Part shown: positions 35,789-45,845 of the stretch, piece after piece | Layout of the letters: each line of letters begins with the position of its first letter | How positions within the stretch are numbered: the stretch's first letter is position 1 | Assembly: GCF_963921235.1 (NCBI RefSeq) | Contig: NW_026948143.1 | Location: forward strand, 124,001-169,845 | Length of the DNA: 45,845 bases | Source of the DNA: Mobula hypostoma | Lineage: Eukaryota | Direction: 5' to 3' | Notes under the pieces: model-generated | Told to the model about the DNA's origin: nothing | The model's database searches: none | Seen by the model: the letters and a program-made list of their open reading frames with translations, nothing else | Made by a program: the position numbers and the translations under genes

Positions 35789-36823
35789 GACAGTCTCACT
35801 CACTGCTCCCGGGGAAAGGTGTCTGTGTGTCTGACTGTCTCACTCGCTGCTCCCGGGGGAGGGTGTCTGTGTGTGTGGCAGTCTCACTCGCTGCTCCCGG
35901 GGGAAGGTGTCTGTGTGTGTGACAGTCTCACTCACTGCTCCCGGCGGATGGTGTCTGTGTGTGTGACATTCTCAATTGCTGCTCCCGGGGGATGGTTTCT
36001 CTGTGTGTCACAGTCCCATTTGCTGCTCCCGGGGGAAAATGCCTGTGTGTTTGCAGTCTCACTCGCTGCTCCTGGTGGAATGTGTCTGTGTGTGTGACAG
36101 CCTGACTCGCTGCTCCTGGTGGAAGGTGTCTGTGTGTGTGACAGTCTCACTCGCTGCTCCCGGGGGAAGATGTCTGTGTTTGTGACAATCTCACTAGCTG
36201 CTCCCGGGGAAAGGTGTCCGTGTCTGACAGTCTCACTCGCTGCTCCCCGGGGGCATTTGTCTGTGTGTGACAGTCTCACTCACTGCACCCGGGGGAAGGT
36301 GTCTGTGTGTGTGACAGTCTCACTCGCTGCTCCCTGGGGAATGTGTCTGTGTGTGTGACAGTCTCACTCGCTGCTCCCGGGGGATGGTGTCTGTGTGTGA
36401 CAGTCTCACTCGCTGCTCCCGTGGTAAGGTGTCTGTGTGTGTGACATTCTCACTCGCTGCTCCCGGGGGAAGGTGTCTGTCTGTCTGACAGTCTCACTCG
36501 CTGCTCCCGGGGGAAGGTGTCTGTGTGTGTGACAGTCTCACTCGCTGCTCCCGGGGGAAGGTGTCTGTGTGTCTGACAGTCTCACTCGCTGCTCCCGGGG
36601 GAAGCTGTCTGTGTGTGTGACATACTCACTCGCTGCTCCCAGAGGAAGGTGTCTGTGTGTTTGACAGTCTCACTTGCTGCTCCCAGGGGAAGGTGTCTGT
36701 GTGTCTGACAGTCTCACTCGCTGCTCCCGGGGGAGGGTGTCTGTGTGTGTGACAGTCTCACTCGCTGCTCCCAGGGTAAGGTGTCTGTGTGTGACAGTCT
36801 CACTCGCTGCTCCCGGGGGAGGG
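35789..36823 (+). repeat. Second satellite, 44-bp unit GACAGTCTCACTCGCTGCTCCCGGGGGAAGGTGTCTGTGTGTGT, about 24 copies
   Basis: Successive GACAG starts lie 44 nt apart (e.g. 36487 and 36531), with some 42-bp units. Shares TGTCTGTGTGTGTGA with the 30-mer; contains CCCGGG and two CpGs per unit. Confidence 0.97.
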
Positions 36824-39800
36824 TCGTGTGACAGAGGGATTGCTGTGAGGGATTGCTGTGTCTCTCTATGTGAGGGGGTGCTGTGGGATGTCTGTGTGTG
36901 TGAGGGAGTGTTGAGGGATGTCTGTGTGTGTGAGGGAGTGCTGTGGGAAGTCTGTGTGTTTGAGGGAGTGCTTTGGGATGTCTGTGTGTGTGAGGGAGTG
37001 CTGTGGACTGTCCGTGTATGTGAGGGAGTGCTCTGGGATGACTGTGTGTGTGAGGGAGTGCTGTGGGATGTCTGTGTCTGTGAGGGAGTGTTGAGGGATG
37101 TCTGTGTGTGTGAGGGAGTGCAGTGAGATGTCTGTGTGTGTGAGGGAGTGCTGTGGGATGTCTGTGTGTGTGAGGGAGTGCTGTGAGATGACTGTGTGTG
37201 TGAGGGAGTGCTGTGGGATGTCTCTCTATGTGAGGGGGTGCTGTGGGATTTCTGTGTGTGTGAGGGAGTGCTGTGAGATGACTGTGTGTGTGAGGGACTG
37301 CTGTGGGATGTCTGTGTGTTTGCGGGAGTGCTGTGGGATTTCTGTGTGTGTGAGGGAGTGCTGTGGACTGTCTGTGTATATGAGGGAGTGCTGTGAGATG
37401 TCTGTGTGTGAGGGACTGCTGTGGGATGTCTGTGTGTGTGAGGGAGTGCTGTGGGATATCTGTGTGTTCGAGGGTGTGCTGTGAGATGTCTGTGTGCGTG
37501 AGGGAGTGCTGTGGGATGTCTCTGTGTGTGAGGGAGTGCAGTGGGATGTCTCTGTCTGTGAGGGAGTGCTGTGGGATGTCTGTGTATGTGAGGGAGTGCA
37601 GTGAGATGTCTGTGTGTGTGAGGGAGTGCTGTGGGATGTCTGTGTGTGTGAGGGAGTGCTGTGGGATGTCTCTCTATGTGAGGGGGTGCTGTGGGATTTC
37701 TGTGTGTGTGAGGGAGTGCTGTGAGATGTCTGTGTGTGTGAGGGATTGCTGTGGGATGTCTCTCTATGTGAGGGGGTGCTGTGGGATGTCTGTGTGTGTG
37801 AGGGAGTGTTGAGGGATGTCTGTGTGTGTGAGGGAGTGCTGTGGGATGTCTGTGTGTTTGAGGGAGTGCTGTGGGATGTCTGTGTGTGTGAGGGAGTGCT
37901 GTGGGATGTCTCTCTATGTGAGGGGGTGCTGTGGGATTTCTGTGTGTGTGAGGGAGTGCTGTGAGATGTCTGTGTGTGTGAGGGATTGCTCTGGGATGTC
38001 TCTCTATGCGAGGGGGTGCTGTGGGATGTCTGTGTGTGTGAGGGAGTGTTGAGTGATGTCTGTGTGTGTGAGGGAGTGCTGTGGGATGTCTGTGTGTGTG
38101 AGTGAGTGCTGTGGACTGTCTGTGTGTGTGAGGGAGTGCTGTGGGATGTCTGTGTGTTTGAGGGAGTGCTGTGGGATGTCTGTGTGTGTGAGGGAGTGCT
38201 GTGGACTGTCTGTGTGTGTGAGGGAGTGCTGTGGGATGTCTGTGTGTTTGAGGGAGTGCTGTGGGACGTCTGTGCATGTGAGGGTGTGCTGTGGGATGTC
38301 TCTGTGTGTGAGGGAGTGCCGTGAGATGTTTGTGTGTGTGAGGGAGTGCTGTGGGATGTCTGTGTGTGTGTCAATGAGTGCTGTGGGATGTCTGCGTGTT
38401 TGAGGGAGTGCTGTGGGATGTCTCTGTTTGTGAAGGAGTGCTGTGGGATGTGTGTGTGTGTGAGGGAGTGCTGTGAGATGTCTGTGTGTGTGAGGGAGTG
38501 CTGTGGGATGTTTGTGTGTGTGAGGGAGTGCTGTGGGATGTCTGTGTGTGTGACGGAGTGCTGTGGGATGTCTGGGTGTGTGAGGGAGTGCTGTGGGATG
38601 TCTGTGTGTGTGAGGGAGTGCTGTGAGATGTCTGTGTTTTCGAGGGAGTGCTGTGAGACGTCTGTGTGTGTGAGGGAGTGCTGTGGGATGTCTCTGTGTG
38701 TGAGGGAGTGCTGTGGGATGTCTGTGTGTGTGAGGGAGTGCTGTGAGATGTCTGTGTGTGTGAGGGAGTGCTGTGGGATGTCTGTGTGTGTGAGGGAGTG
38801 CTGTGGGATGTTTGTGTGTGTGAGGGAGTGCTGTGGGATGTCTGTGTGTGTGACGGAGTGCTGTGGGATGTCTGGGTGTGTGAGGGAGTGCTGTGGGATG
38901 TCTGTGTGTTTGAGGGAGTGCTATGAGACGTCTGTGTGTGTGAGGGAGTGCTGTGAGATTTCTGTGTGTGAGGGAGTGCTGTGGGATATCTGTGTGTATG
39001 AGGGAGTGCTGTGAGATGTCTGTGTGTGTGAGGGAGTGCTGTGGACTGTTTGTGTGTGTGAGGGAGTGCTGTGGGATGTCTATGTGTGTGAGGGAGTGCT
39101 GTGGACTGTTTGTGTGTGTGAGGGATTGCTGTGAGATGTTTGTGCATGTGAGCGAGTGCTGTGGGATGTCTGTGTGTGTGAGGGAGTGCCGTGAGATGTT
39201 TGTGTGTGTGAGGGAGTGCTGTGGGATGTCTGTGTGTGTGTCAATGAGTGCTGTGGGATGTCTGCGTGTTTGAGGGAGTGCTGTGGGATGTCTCTGTTTG
39301 TGAAGGAGTGCTGTGGGATGTGTGTGTGTGTGAGGGAGTGCTGTGAGATGTCTGTGTGTGTGAGGGAGTGCTGTGGGATGTTTGTGTGTGTGAGGGAGTG
39401 CTGTGGGATGTCTGTGTGTGTGACGGAGTGCTGTGGTATGTCTGGGTGTGTGAGGGAGTGCTGTGGGATGTCTGTGTGTGTGAGGGAGTGCTGTGAGATG
39501 TCTGTGTTTTCGAGGGAGTGCTGTGAGACGTCTGTGTGTGTGAGGGAGTGCTGTGGGATGTCTCTGTGTGTGAGGGAGTGCTGTGGGATGTCTGTGTGTG
39601 TGAGGGAGTGCTGTGAGATGTCTGTGTGTGTGAGGGAGTGCTGTGGGATGTCTGTGTGTGTGAGGGAGTGCTGTGGGATGTTTGTGTGTGTGAGGGAGTG
39701 CTGTGGGATGTCTGTGTGTGTGACGGAGTGCTGTGGGATGTCTGGGTGTGTGAGGGAGTGCTGTGGGATGTCTGTGTGTTTGAGGGAGTGCTATGAGACG

Positions 39801-41662
39801 TCTGTGTGTGTGAGGGAGTGCTGTGAGATTTCTGTGTGTGAGGGAGTGCTGTGGGATATCTGTGTGTATGAGGGAGTGCTGTGAGATGTCTGTGTGTGTG
39901 AGGGAGTGCTGTGGACTGTTTGTGTGTGTGAGGGAGTGCTGTGGGATGTCTATGTGTGTGAGGGAGTGCTGTGGACTGTTTGTGTGTGTGAGGGATTGCT
40001 GTGAGATGTTTGTGCATGTGAGCGAGTGCTGTGGGATGTCTGTGTGTGTGAGGGAGTGCTGTGGGATGTCTGTGTTTGTGAGGGAGTGCTGTGGGATGTC
40101 TGTGTGTGTGACGGAGTGCTGTGGGATGTCTGTGTGTTTGAGGGAGTGCTGTGAGATGTCTGGTGTGTGAGGGCGTGTTGTGGGAGGTCTGTCTGTGTGA
40201 GGGAGTGCTGTGGGATGTCTGTGTGTGTGAGGGAGTGCCTGTGGGATATCTGTGTGTTCGAGGGAGTGCTGTGGGATGTCTGTGTGTGTGAGGGAGTGCT
40301 GTGGGATGTCTGTGTGTGTGAGGGAGTACTGTGTGGTGTCTCTGTGTTTGAGGGAGTGCTGTGGGATGTCTGTGTGTGTGAGGGAGTGCTGTGGAATGTC
40401 TGTGTGTGTGAGGGAGTGCTGTGAGATGTCTGTGTGTCTGAGGGAGTGCTGTGAGATGTCTCTGTATGTGAGGGAGTGCTGTGGGATGTCTATGTGTGTG
40501 AGGGAGTGCTGTGTGGTGTCTCTGTGTTTGAGGGAGTGCTGTGGACTGTCTGTATGTTTGAGGGAGTGCTGTGGGATGTCTGTGTGTGTGAGGGAGTGCT
40601 GTGAGATGTTTGTGTGTGTGAGGGAGTGCTATGAGACGTCTGTGTGTGTGAGGGAGTGCTGTGGGATTTCTGTGTGTGTGAGGGAGTGCTGTGAGATTTC
40701 TGTGTGTGTGAGGGAGTGCTATGAGACGTCTGTGTGTGTGAGGGAGTGCTGTGGACTGTTTGTGTGTGTGAGGGCGTACTGTGGGATGTCTGTGTGTCTG
40801 AGGGAGTGCTGTGAGATGTCTGTGTGTGTGAGGGAGTGCTGTGGACTGTTTGTGTGTGTGAGGGAGTGCTGTGGGATGTCTGTGTGTGTGAGGGAGTGCT
40901 GTGGACTGTTTGTGTATGTGAGGGAGTGCTGTGGGATGTCTGTGTGTGTGAGGGAGTACTGTGGGGTGTCTCTGTGTTTGAGGGCGTACTGTGGGATGTC
41001 TGTGTGTCTGAGGGAGTGCTGTGAGATGTCTGTGTGTGTGAGGGAGTGCTGTGGGCTGTTTGTGAGTGTGAGGGAGTGCTGTGGGATGTCTGTGTGTTTG
41101 TGGGAGCGCTGTGAGATGTCTGTGTGTGTGAGGGAGTGCTGTGGACTGTTTGTGTGTGTGTCAGGGAGTACTGTGGGATGACTGTGTGTGTGAGGGAGTG
41201 CTGTGGACTGTCTGTGTGTGTGAGGGAGTGCTGTGGACTGTCTGTGTGTGTGAGGGAGTGCTGTGAGATGTCTGTGTGTGGGAGGGAGTGCTGTGAGATG
41301 TCTGTGTGTGTGAGGGAGTGCTGTGGACTGTGTTTGTGAGGAGCACTGTGGATTATCTGTGTGTGAGGGAGTGCTGGGAATGAGGTAACTCTGGGTTTGA
41401 ACAGCAACAAGAAATATTTAACTTTCATGCGAAGTTGAATGAAGTCAAGATGCTTTTCTTGATCTGAAAATATTCCAGACCGGGCTCCAGTCGCATCGCA
41501 ATCCTAATCCTTTCCAGATGTCCAGCTTCTCCAGTTGTTTTCAATTTAAGCATGTTATTTTAAAAATGTCTGTTGTTCTAATAAGTACCTCAACCATTAC
41601 TCAGCACTGCATGTTGATAAGAATTGGGACACACCAAACAGATTCTGCCCATGCTGGAAATC

Positions 41663-42127
41663 GTTGGCTGGGGAAGATGGCAGTGCGATGCAGCGCGTGC
41701 AGGTCTCCGGTGAAATGATATCGTATCTGTTAAATAGGGGCCGTGGACAATTCTAATTTGATGAAGACAGAAGTGAGAGGCAGAGGAACACCTGGAGAAA
41801 TTTCTGAAATGCCTGGTTCACTGCTGTTGTTACTGTGCAATCGAGAATTTCCGGAGGGTAGGCCCCAAAATCCCCGGCGTTGCCTACTGCTGGCAGAGGG
41901 CTGATCAGAACTCGAAGTTTTCGGACGACTCAGAGTCGGACTGTGGTCGGGCATGGCAGGAAGAGTTTTTTTCCTTCGCCCACCTGCGTGAGATGTGGGA
42001 CTTTCGAGAAACTTTGAACTTTTTTTACTGTGCCATGGACTGTTCTTCATCAATATTGGTATTGTTGCACTGTTGCAACTATACGTTATAATTATGTGGT
42101 TTTGTTAGTTTTTCAGTCTTGGTCTGT
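41663..42127 (+). mobile_element. Probable non-autonomous (non-coding) retroelement, 3' end missing
   Basis: Abrupt shift to CpG-containing sequence starting 'gggaagatggcagtgcgatgcagcgcg' (YY1-like AAGATGGC, as at many LINE 5' ends), with a T-rich distal part and no credible ORF. Family assignment is by recognition only. Confidence 0.45.
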
Positions 42128-42165
42128 AGACATGTGACCAGATTGGGGCCTCTCAGCGGCGGCCT

Positions 42166-42717
42166 ATGGGTGGCTCTGCGGCACAGGAGGGAAGGAAAAG
42201 GAGTGGGAGAACTATAGTTATAGGGGATTCGATTGTAAGGAGAATAGATAGGCATTTCTGCAGCCGCAAACGAGACTCCAGGAGGGTATGTTGCCTCCCT
42301 GGTGCAAGGGTCAAGGATGTCTCTGAGCAGCTGCAGGACATTCTGGAGTGGGAGGGTGAACAGCCAGTGGCCGTGGTGCACAGAGGTACCAACGATACAG
42401 GTGAAAAACGGGATGAGGTCGTACAAGGTGAATTCAGGGAGTTAGGGGATAAACTAAAAAGTAGGACCACAAAGGTAATAATCTCTGGATTACTACCAGT
42501 GCCACGTGCTAGTCAGAGTAGAAATAGGAGGATATTTCAGATGAATACGTGGCTTGAAAAATGGTGCAAGGGGGAGGGATTCAAATTTCTGGGGCATTGG
42601 AACCAGTTCTGGAGGAGGTGGGACCAGTACAAACAGGACGGTCTGCACCTGGGCTGGACTGGAACCAATGTCCCAGGGGGAGCGTTTGGTACTGTTGTTC
42701 AGGAGGATTTAAACTAA
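42166..42717 (+). pseudogene. C-terminal part of CR1 ORF1: SGNH/GDSL esterase-like domain
   Basis: Blocks IVIGDS, CLPGA, VHRGTND and DGLHL occur in order in an uninterrupted frame. The N-terminal part of ORF1 is absent. Confidence 0.9.
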
Positions 42718-42729
42718 TGTGGCAGGGGG

Positions 42730-45697
42730 ATGGGCAAGTGCAGAGAGACAGAGGGGTGTAAAATGAGGGTAGAAGCAAAAAGTAGTAAAATGAAAAGTAA
42801 AAGTGGCAGGCCGACAAATCCAGGGCAAAAATTGAAAAGGGACACTTTTCAACATAATCGTATAAGGGCTAAGAGTGTTGTAAAAGCAAGCCTGAAGGCT
42901 TTGTGTGTCAATGCAAGGAGCATTTGTAACAAGGTGGATGAATTGAATGGGCAGATAGTTATTAATGAATATGATATAGTTGGGATCACAGAGACATGGC
43001 TCCAGGGTGACCAAGGATGGGAGCTCAACATTCAGGGATATTCAATATTCAGGAGGGATAGACATGAAAGAAAAGGAGGTGGGTGGTATTGCTGGTTAGA
43101 GAGGAAATTAACGCAATAGAAAGGAAGGACATTAGCCGGGAGGATGTGGAATCGATATGGGTAGAGCTGCATAATGCTAAGGGTCAGAAAATGCTGGTGG
43201 GAGTTGTGTACAGGCCACCTAATAGTTATAGTGAGGTTGAGGATAGCATTAAACAGGAAATTAGAAATGCGTGAAATAAAGGAACAGCAGTTATAATGGG
43301 CGACTTCAATCTACATATAGATTGGGTGAACCAAATTGGTAAGGGTGCTGAGGAAGAGGATTTCTTGGAATGTATGCGGGATGGTTTTCTGAACCAACAT
43401 GTCGAGGAACTAACTAGAGAGCAGCCATTCTAGACTGGGTATTGAGCAATGAGGAAGGGTTAATTAGCAATCTTGTCATGTGAGGCCCTTTGGGTAAGAG
43501 TGACCATAATATGGTGAAATTCTTCATTAAGATGGAGAGTGACATAGTTAATTCAGAAACAAAGGTTCTGAACTTAAAGAAGGGTAACTTTGAAGGTATG
43601 AGATGTGAATTAGCTAAGATAGACTGGCAAATGATACTTAAAGGATTGACGGTGGATATGCAATGGCAAGCATTTAAAGGTTGCATGGATGAACTACAAC
43701 AATTGTTCATCCCAGTTTGGCAAAAGAATAAACCAGGGAAGGTAGTGCACCCGTGGCTGACATGGGAAATTAGGGATAGTATCAATTCCAAAGAAGAAGC
43801 AAACAAATTAGCCAGAGAAAGTGGCTCACCTGAGGACTGCGAGAAATTCAGAGTCCAGCAGAGGAGGACAAAGGGCTTAATTAGGAAGGGGAAAAACGGT
43901 TATGAGAGAAAGTTGGCAGGGAACATAAAAACTGACTGTAAAAGCTTTTATAGATATATGAAAAGAAAAAGATTGGTTAAGACAAAGGTAGGTCCCCTAC
44001 AGTCAGAAACAGGTGAATTGATCATGGGGAACAAGGACATGGCAGACCAATTGAATAATTACTTTGGTTCTGTCTTCACTAAAGAGGTCATAAATAATCT
44101 TCCGGAAATAGTAGGGGACCAAGGGTCTAGTCAGTTGGAGGAACTGAAGGAAATACATGTTAGTAGGGAAGTGGTGTTAGGTAAATTGAAGGGATTGAAG
44201 GCAGATAAATCCCCCGGGCCAAATGGTCTGCATCCCAGAGTGGTTAAGGAAGTAGCCCAAGAAATAGTGGATGCATTAGTGATAATTTTTCAAAACTCTT
44301 TAGATTCTGGATTAGTTCTTGAGGATTGGAGGGTGGCTAATGTAACCCCACTTTTTAAAAAAGGAGGGAGAGAGAAACCGGGGAATTATAGACCGGTTAG
44401 CCTGACATCAGTGGTAGGGAAAATGCTAGAGTCAGTGATCAAAGATGTGATAACAGCACATTTGGAAAGTGGTGTAATCATCAGACAAAGTCAGCATGGA
44501 TTTGTGAAAGGAAAATCATGTCTGACGAATCTCATAGAATTTTTTGAGGATGTAACTAGTAGAGTGGATAGGGGAGAGCCAGTGGATGTGGTATATTTGG
44601 ATTTTCAAAAGGCTTTTGACAAGGTCCCACACAGGAGATTAGTGTGCAAACTTAAAGCACACGGTATTGGGGGTAAGGTATTGATGTGGATAGAGAATTG
44701 GTTGGCAGACAGGAAGCAAAAAGTGGGAATAAATGGGACCTTTTCAGAATGGCAGGCAGTGACTAGTGGGGTACTGCAAGGCTCAGTGCTGGGACCCCAG
44801 TTGTTTACAATATATATTAATGACTTGGATGAGGGAATTAAATGCAGTATCTCCAAGTTTGTGGATGACACGAAGCTGGGCGGCAGTGTTAGCTGTGAGG
44901 AGGATGCTAAGAGGATGCAGGGTGACTTGGATAGGTTAGGTGAGTGGGCAAATTCATAGCAGATGCAATTTAATGTGGATAAATGTGAGGTTATCCACTT
45001 TGGTGGCAAAAACAGGAAAACAGATTATTATTTGAATGGTGGCAGATTAGGAAAAGGGGAGGTGCAACGAGACCTGGGTGTCATTATACACCAGTCATTG
45101 AAAGTGGGCATGCAGGTACAGCAGGCGGTGAAAAAGGCGAATGGTATGCTGGCATTCATAGCAAGAGGATTCGAGTACAGGAGCAGGGAGGTACTATTGT
45201 AGTTGTACAAGGCCTTGGTGAGACCACACCTGGAGTATTGTGTGCAGCTTTGGTCCCCTAATCTGAGGAAAGACATTCTTGCCATAGAGGGAGTACAGAG
45301 AAGGTTCACCAGATTGATTCCTGGGATGGCAGGACTTTCATATGATGAAAGACTGGATCGACTAGGCTTATACTCGTTGGAATTTAGAAGATTGAGGGGG
45401 GATCTTATTGAAACGTATAAAATCTGAAAGGGATTGGACAGGCTAGATGCAGGAAGATTGTTCCCGATGTGGGGGAAGTCCAGAACGAGGGGTCACAGTT
45501 TGAGGATAAAGGGGAAGCCTTTTAGGACCGAGATTAGGAAAAACTTCTTCACACAGAGAGTGGTGAATCTGTGTAATTCTCTGCCATAGGAAACAGTTGA
45601 GGCCAGTTCATTGGCTATATTTAAGAGGGAGTTAGATATGGCCCTTGTGGCTAAAGGGATCAGCGGGTATGGAGGGAAGGCTGGTACAGGGTTCTGA
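42730..45697 (+). pseudogene. CR1 ORF2 (APE endonuclease and reverse transcriptase), disrupted; exact start uncertain
   Basis: APE motifs NARSI, GITETW, VYRPP, GDFN, ILD, SDH; RT motifs NYRPVSL, QHGF, DFQKAFD, QGSVLGP, FVDD. Stops at 43272, 43481, 44957, 45200 and ~45587; frameshifts near 43085, 43425 and 45423; likely native stop TGA 45695-45697. Confidence 0.93.
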
Positions 45698-45845
45698 GTT
45701 GGATGATCAGCCATGATCATACTGAATGGCGGTGCAGGCTCGAAGGGCCAAATGGCCTACTCCTGCACCTATTTTCCATGTTTCTATGTTTTCTATATGT
45801 CTGAACACTGGAATACTGAGCTGCCAGTCCTGCCCCTCCTGCAAG

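Larger units (their letters stand above)
7212..41378 (+). repeat. ~34-kb tandem array of a 30-bp GT-rich satellite, consensus GAGGGAGTGCTGTGGGATGTCTGTGTGTGT (roughly 1100 units)
   Basis: 30-bp periodicity is directly visible, with 28/32-bp variants from (GT)n slippage and recurrent point variants. One orientation throughout, frayed at both ends, interrupted by the 44-bp block. Confidence 0.99.
42166..45800 (+). mobile_element. CR1-clade LINE, 5'-truncated within ORF1, complete 3' end (shark/ray HER1-like tail)
   Basis: SGNH ORF1 remnant, then APE-RT ORF2, then a 3' UTR ending 'gaagggccaaatggcctactcctgcacctattttccatg' and a degenerate (tttctatg)n tail. Confidence 0.96.

Noticed and set aside
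7212..41378. CRISPR-like array or telomeric repeat
   Set aside because: Units are head-to-tail with no unique spacers and no cas genes, in a eukaryotic context. There are no TTAGGG tracts.
7212..41378. Immune-recombination signals: CACAGCA/CACAGAC heptamer-like motifs on the minus strand, a TGCT (WGCW) motif, and Chi-like GCTGTGG in each unit
   Set aside because: No nonamer at 12/23 spacing and no V/D/J or constant exons in the window. Such short matches are expected in a CA/GT-rich unit.
7169..41428. Long repetitive ORFs (HTHRHPTALP, HSLTHTDIPQ, TSHSTPSHTQ, RECCGMSVCV, EGVLWDVCVC) resembling His-rich, mucin-like or Cys-rich proteins
   Set aside because: The unit length is a multiple of 3 and the consensus has a stop in only one of six frames, so long ORFs are automatic. 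Frequent 2-bp indels switch frames freely, and there is no signal peptide, unique domain or splice structure.
41380..41660. Possible host exon in the short unique stretch (pyrimidine-rich 'ctaatcctttccag' before 41518)
   Set aside because: It resembles a splice acceptor, but there is no recognisable protein, clear donor or neighbouring exon. It cannot be supported without RNA data.
42122..45803. GTCTG at 42122-42126 and 45799-45803 as a TSD of the right-hand CR1
   Set aside because: Only 5 bp and ~40 nt from the recognisable CR1 start, and the downstream sequence does not obviously continue the upstream element. Likely chance.

Overview
Repeat-only eukaryotic window with no recognisable host gene. 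The CR1 3' tails look like those of sharks and rays, so a cartilaginous fish is likely (inference from recognition, not a search). Left to right: (1) 1-2766, decayed CR1 LINE fragments on both strands; (2) 2810-7211, a structurally complete but disabled Ty3/Gypsy LTR retrotransposon (213/231-bp LTRs, GTCTG target-site duplication, gag with two CCHC knuckles, PR-RT-RH-IN, PPT) inserted into the edge of a satellite; (3) 7212-41378, a ~34-kb GT-rich 30-bp satellite with kb-scale duplications and an embedded ~1-kb 44-bp satellite, which together generate all the repetitive ORFs; (4) 41663-42127, a probable non-autonomous element; (5) 42166-45800, a 5'-truncated CR1 with an SGNH-esterase ORF1 and a disrupted APE-RT ORF2. 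The most notable signal is in the Gypsy element: it has no tRNA-type primer-binding site. The 15 nt at that position are the perfect reverse complement of the AATAAA-containing segment of its own LTR, pointing to self-priming and/or 5'-LTR poly(A) occlusion, and its RT motif reads YLDN. All alignments and counts were made by eye.
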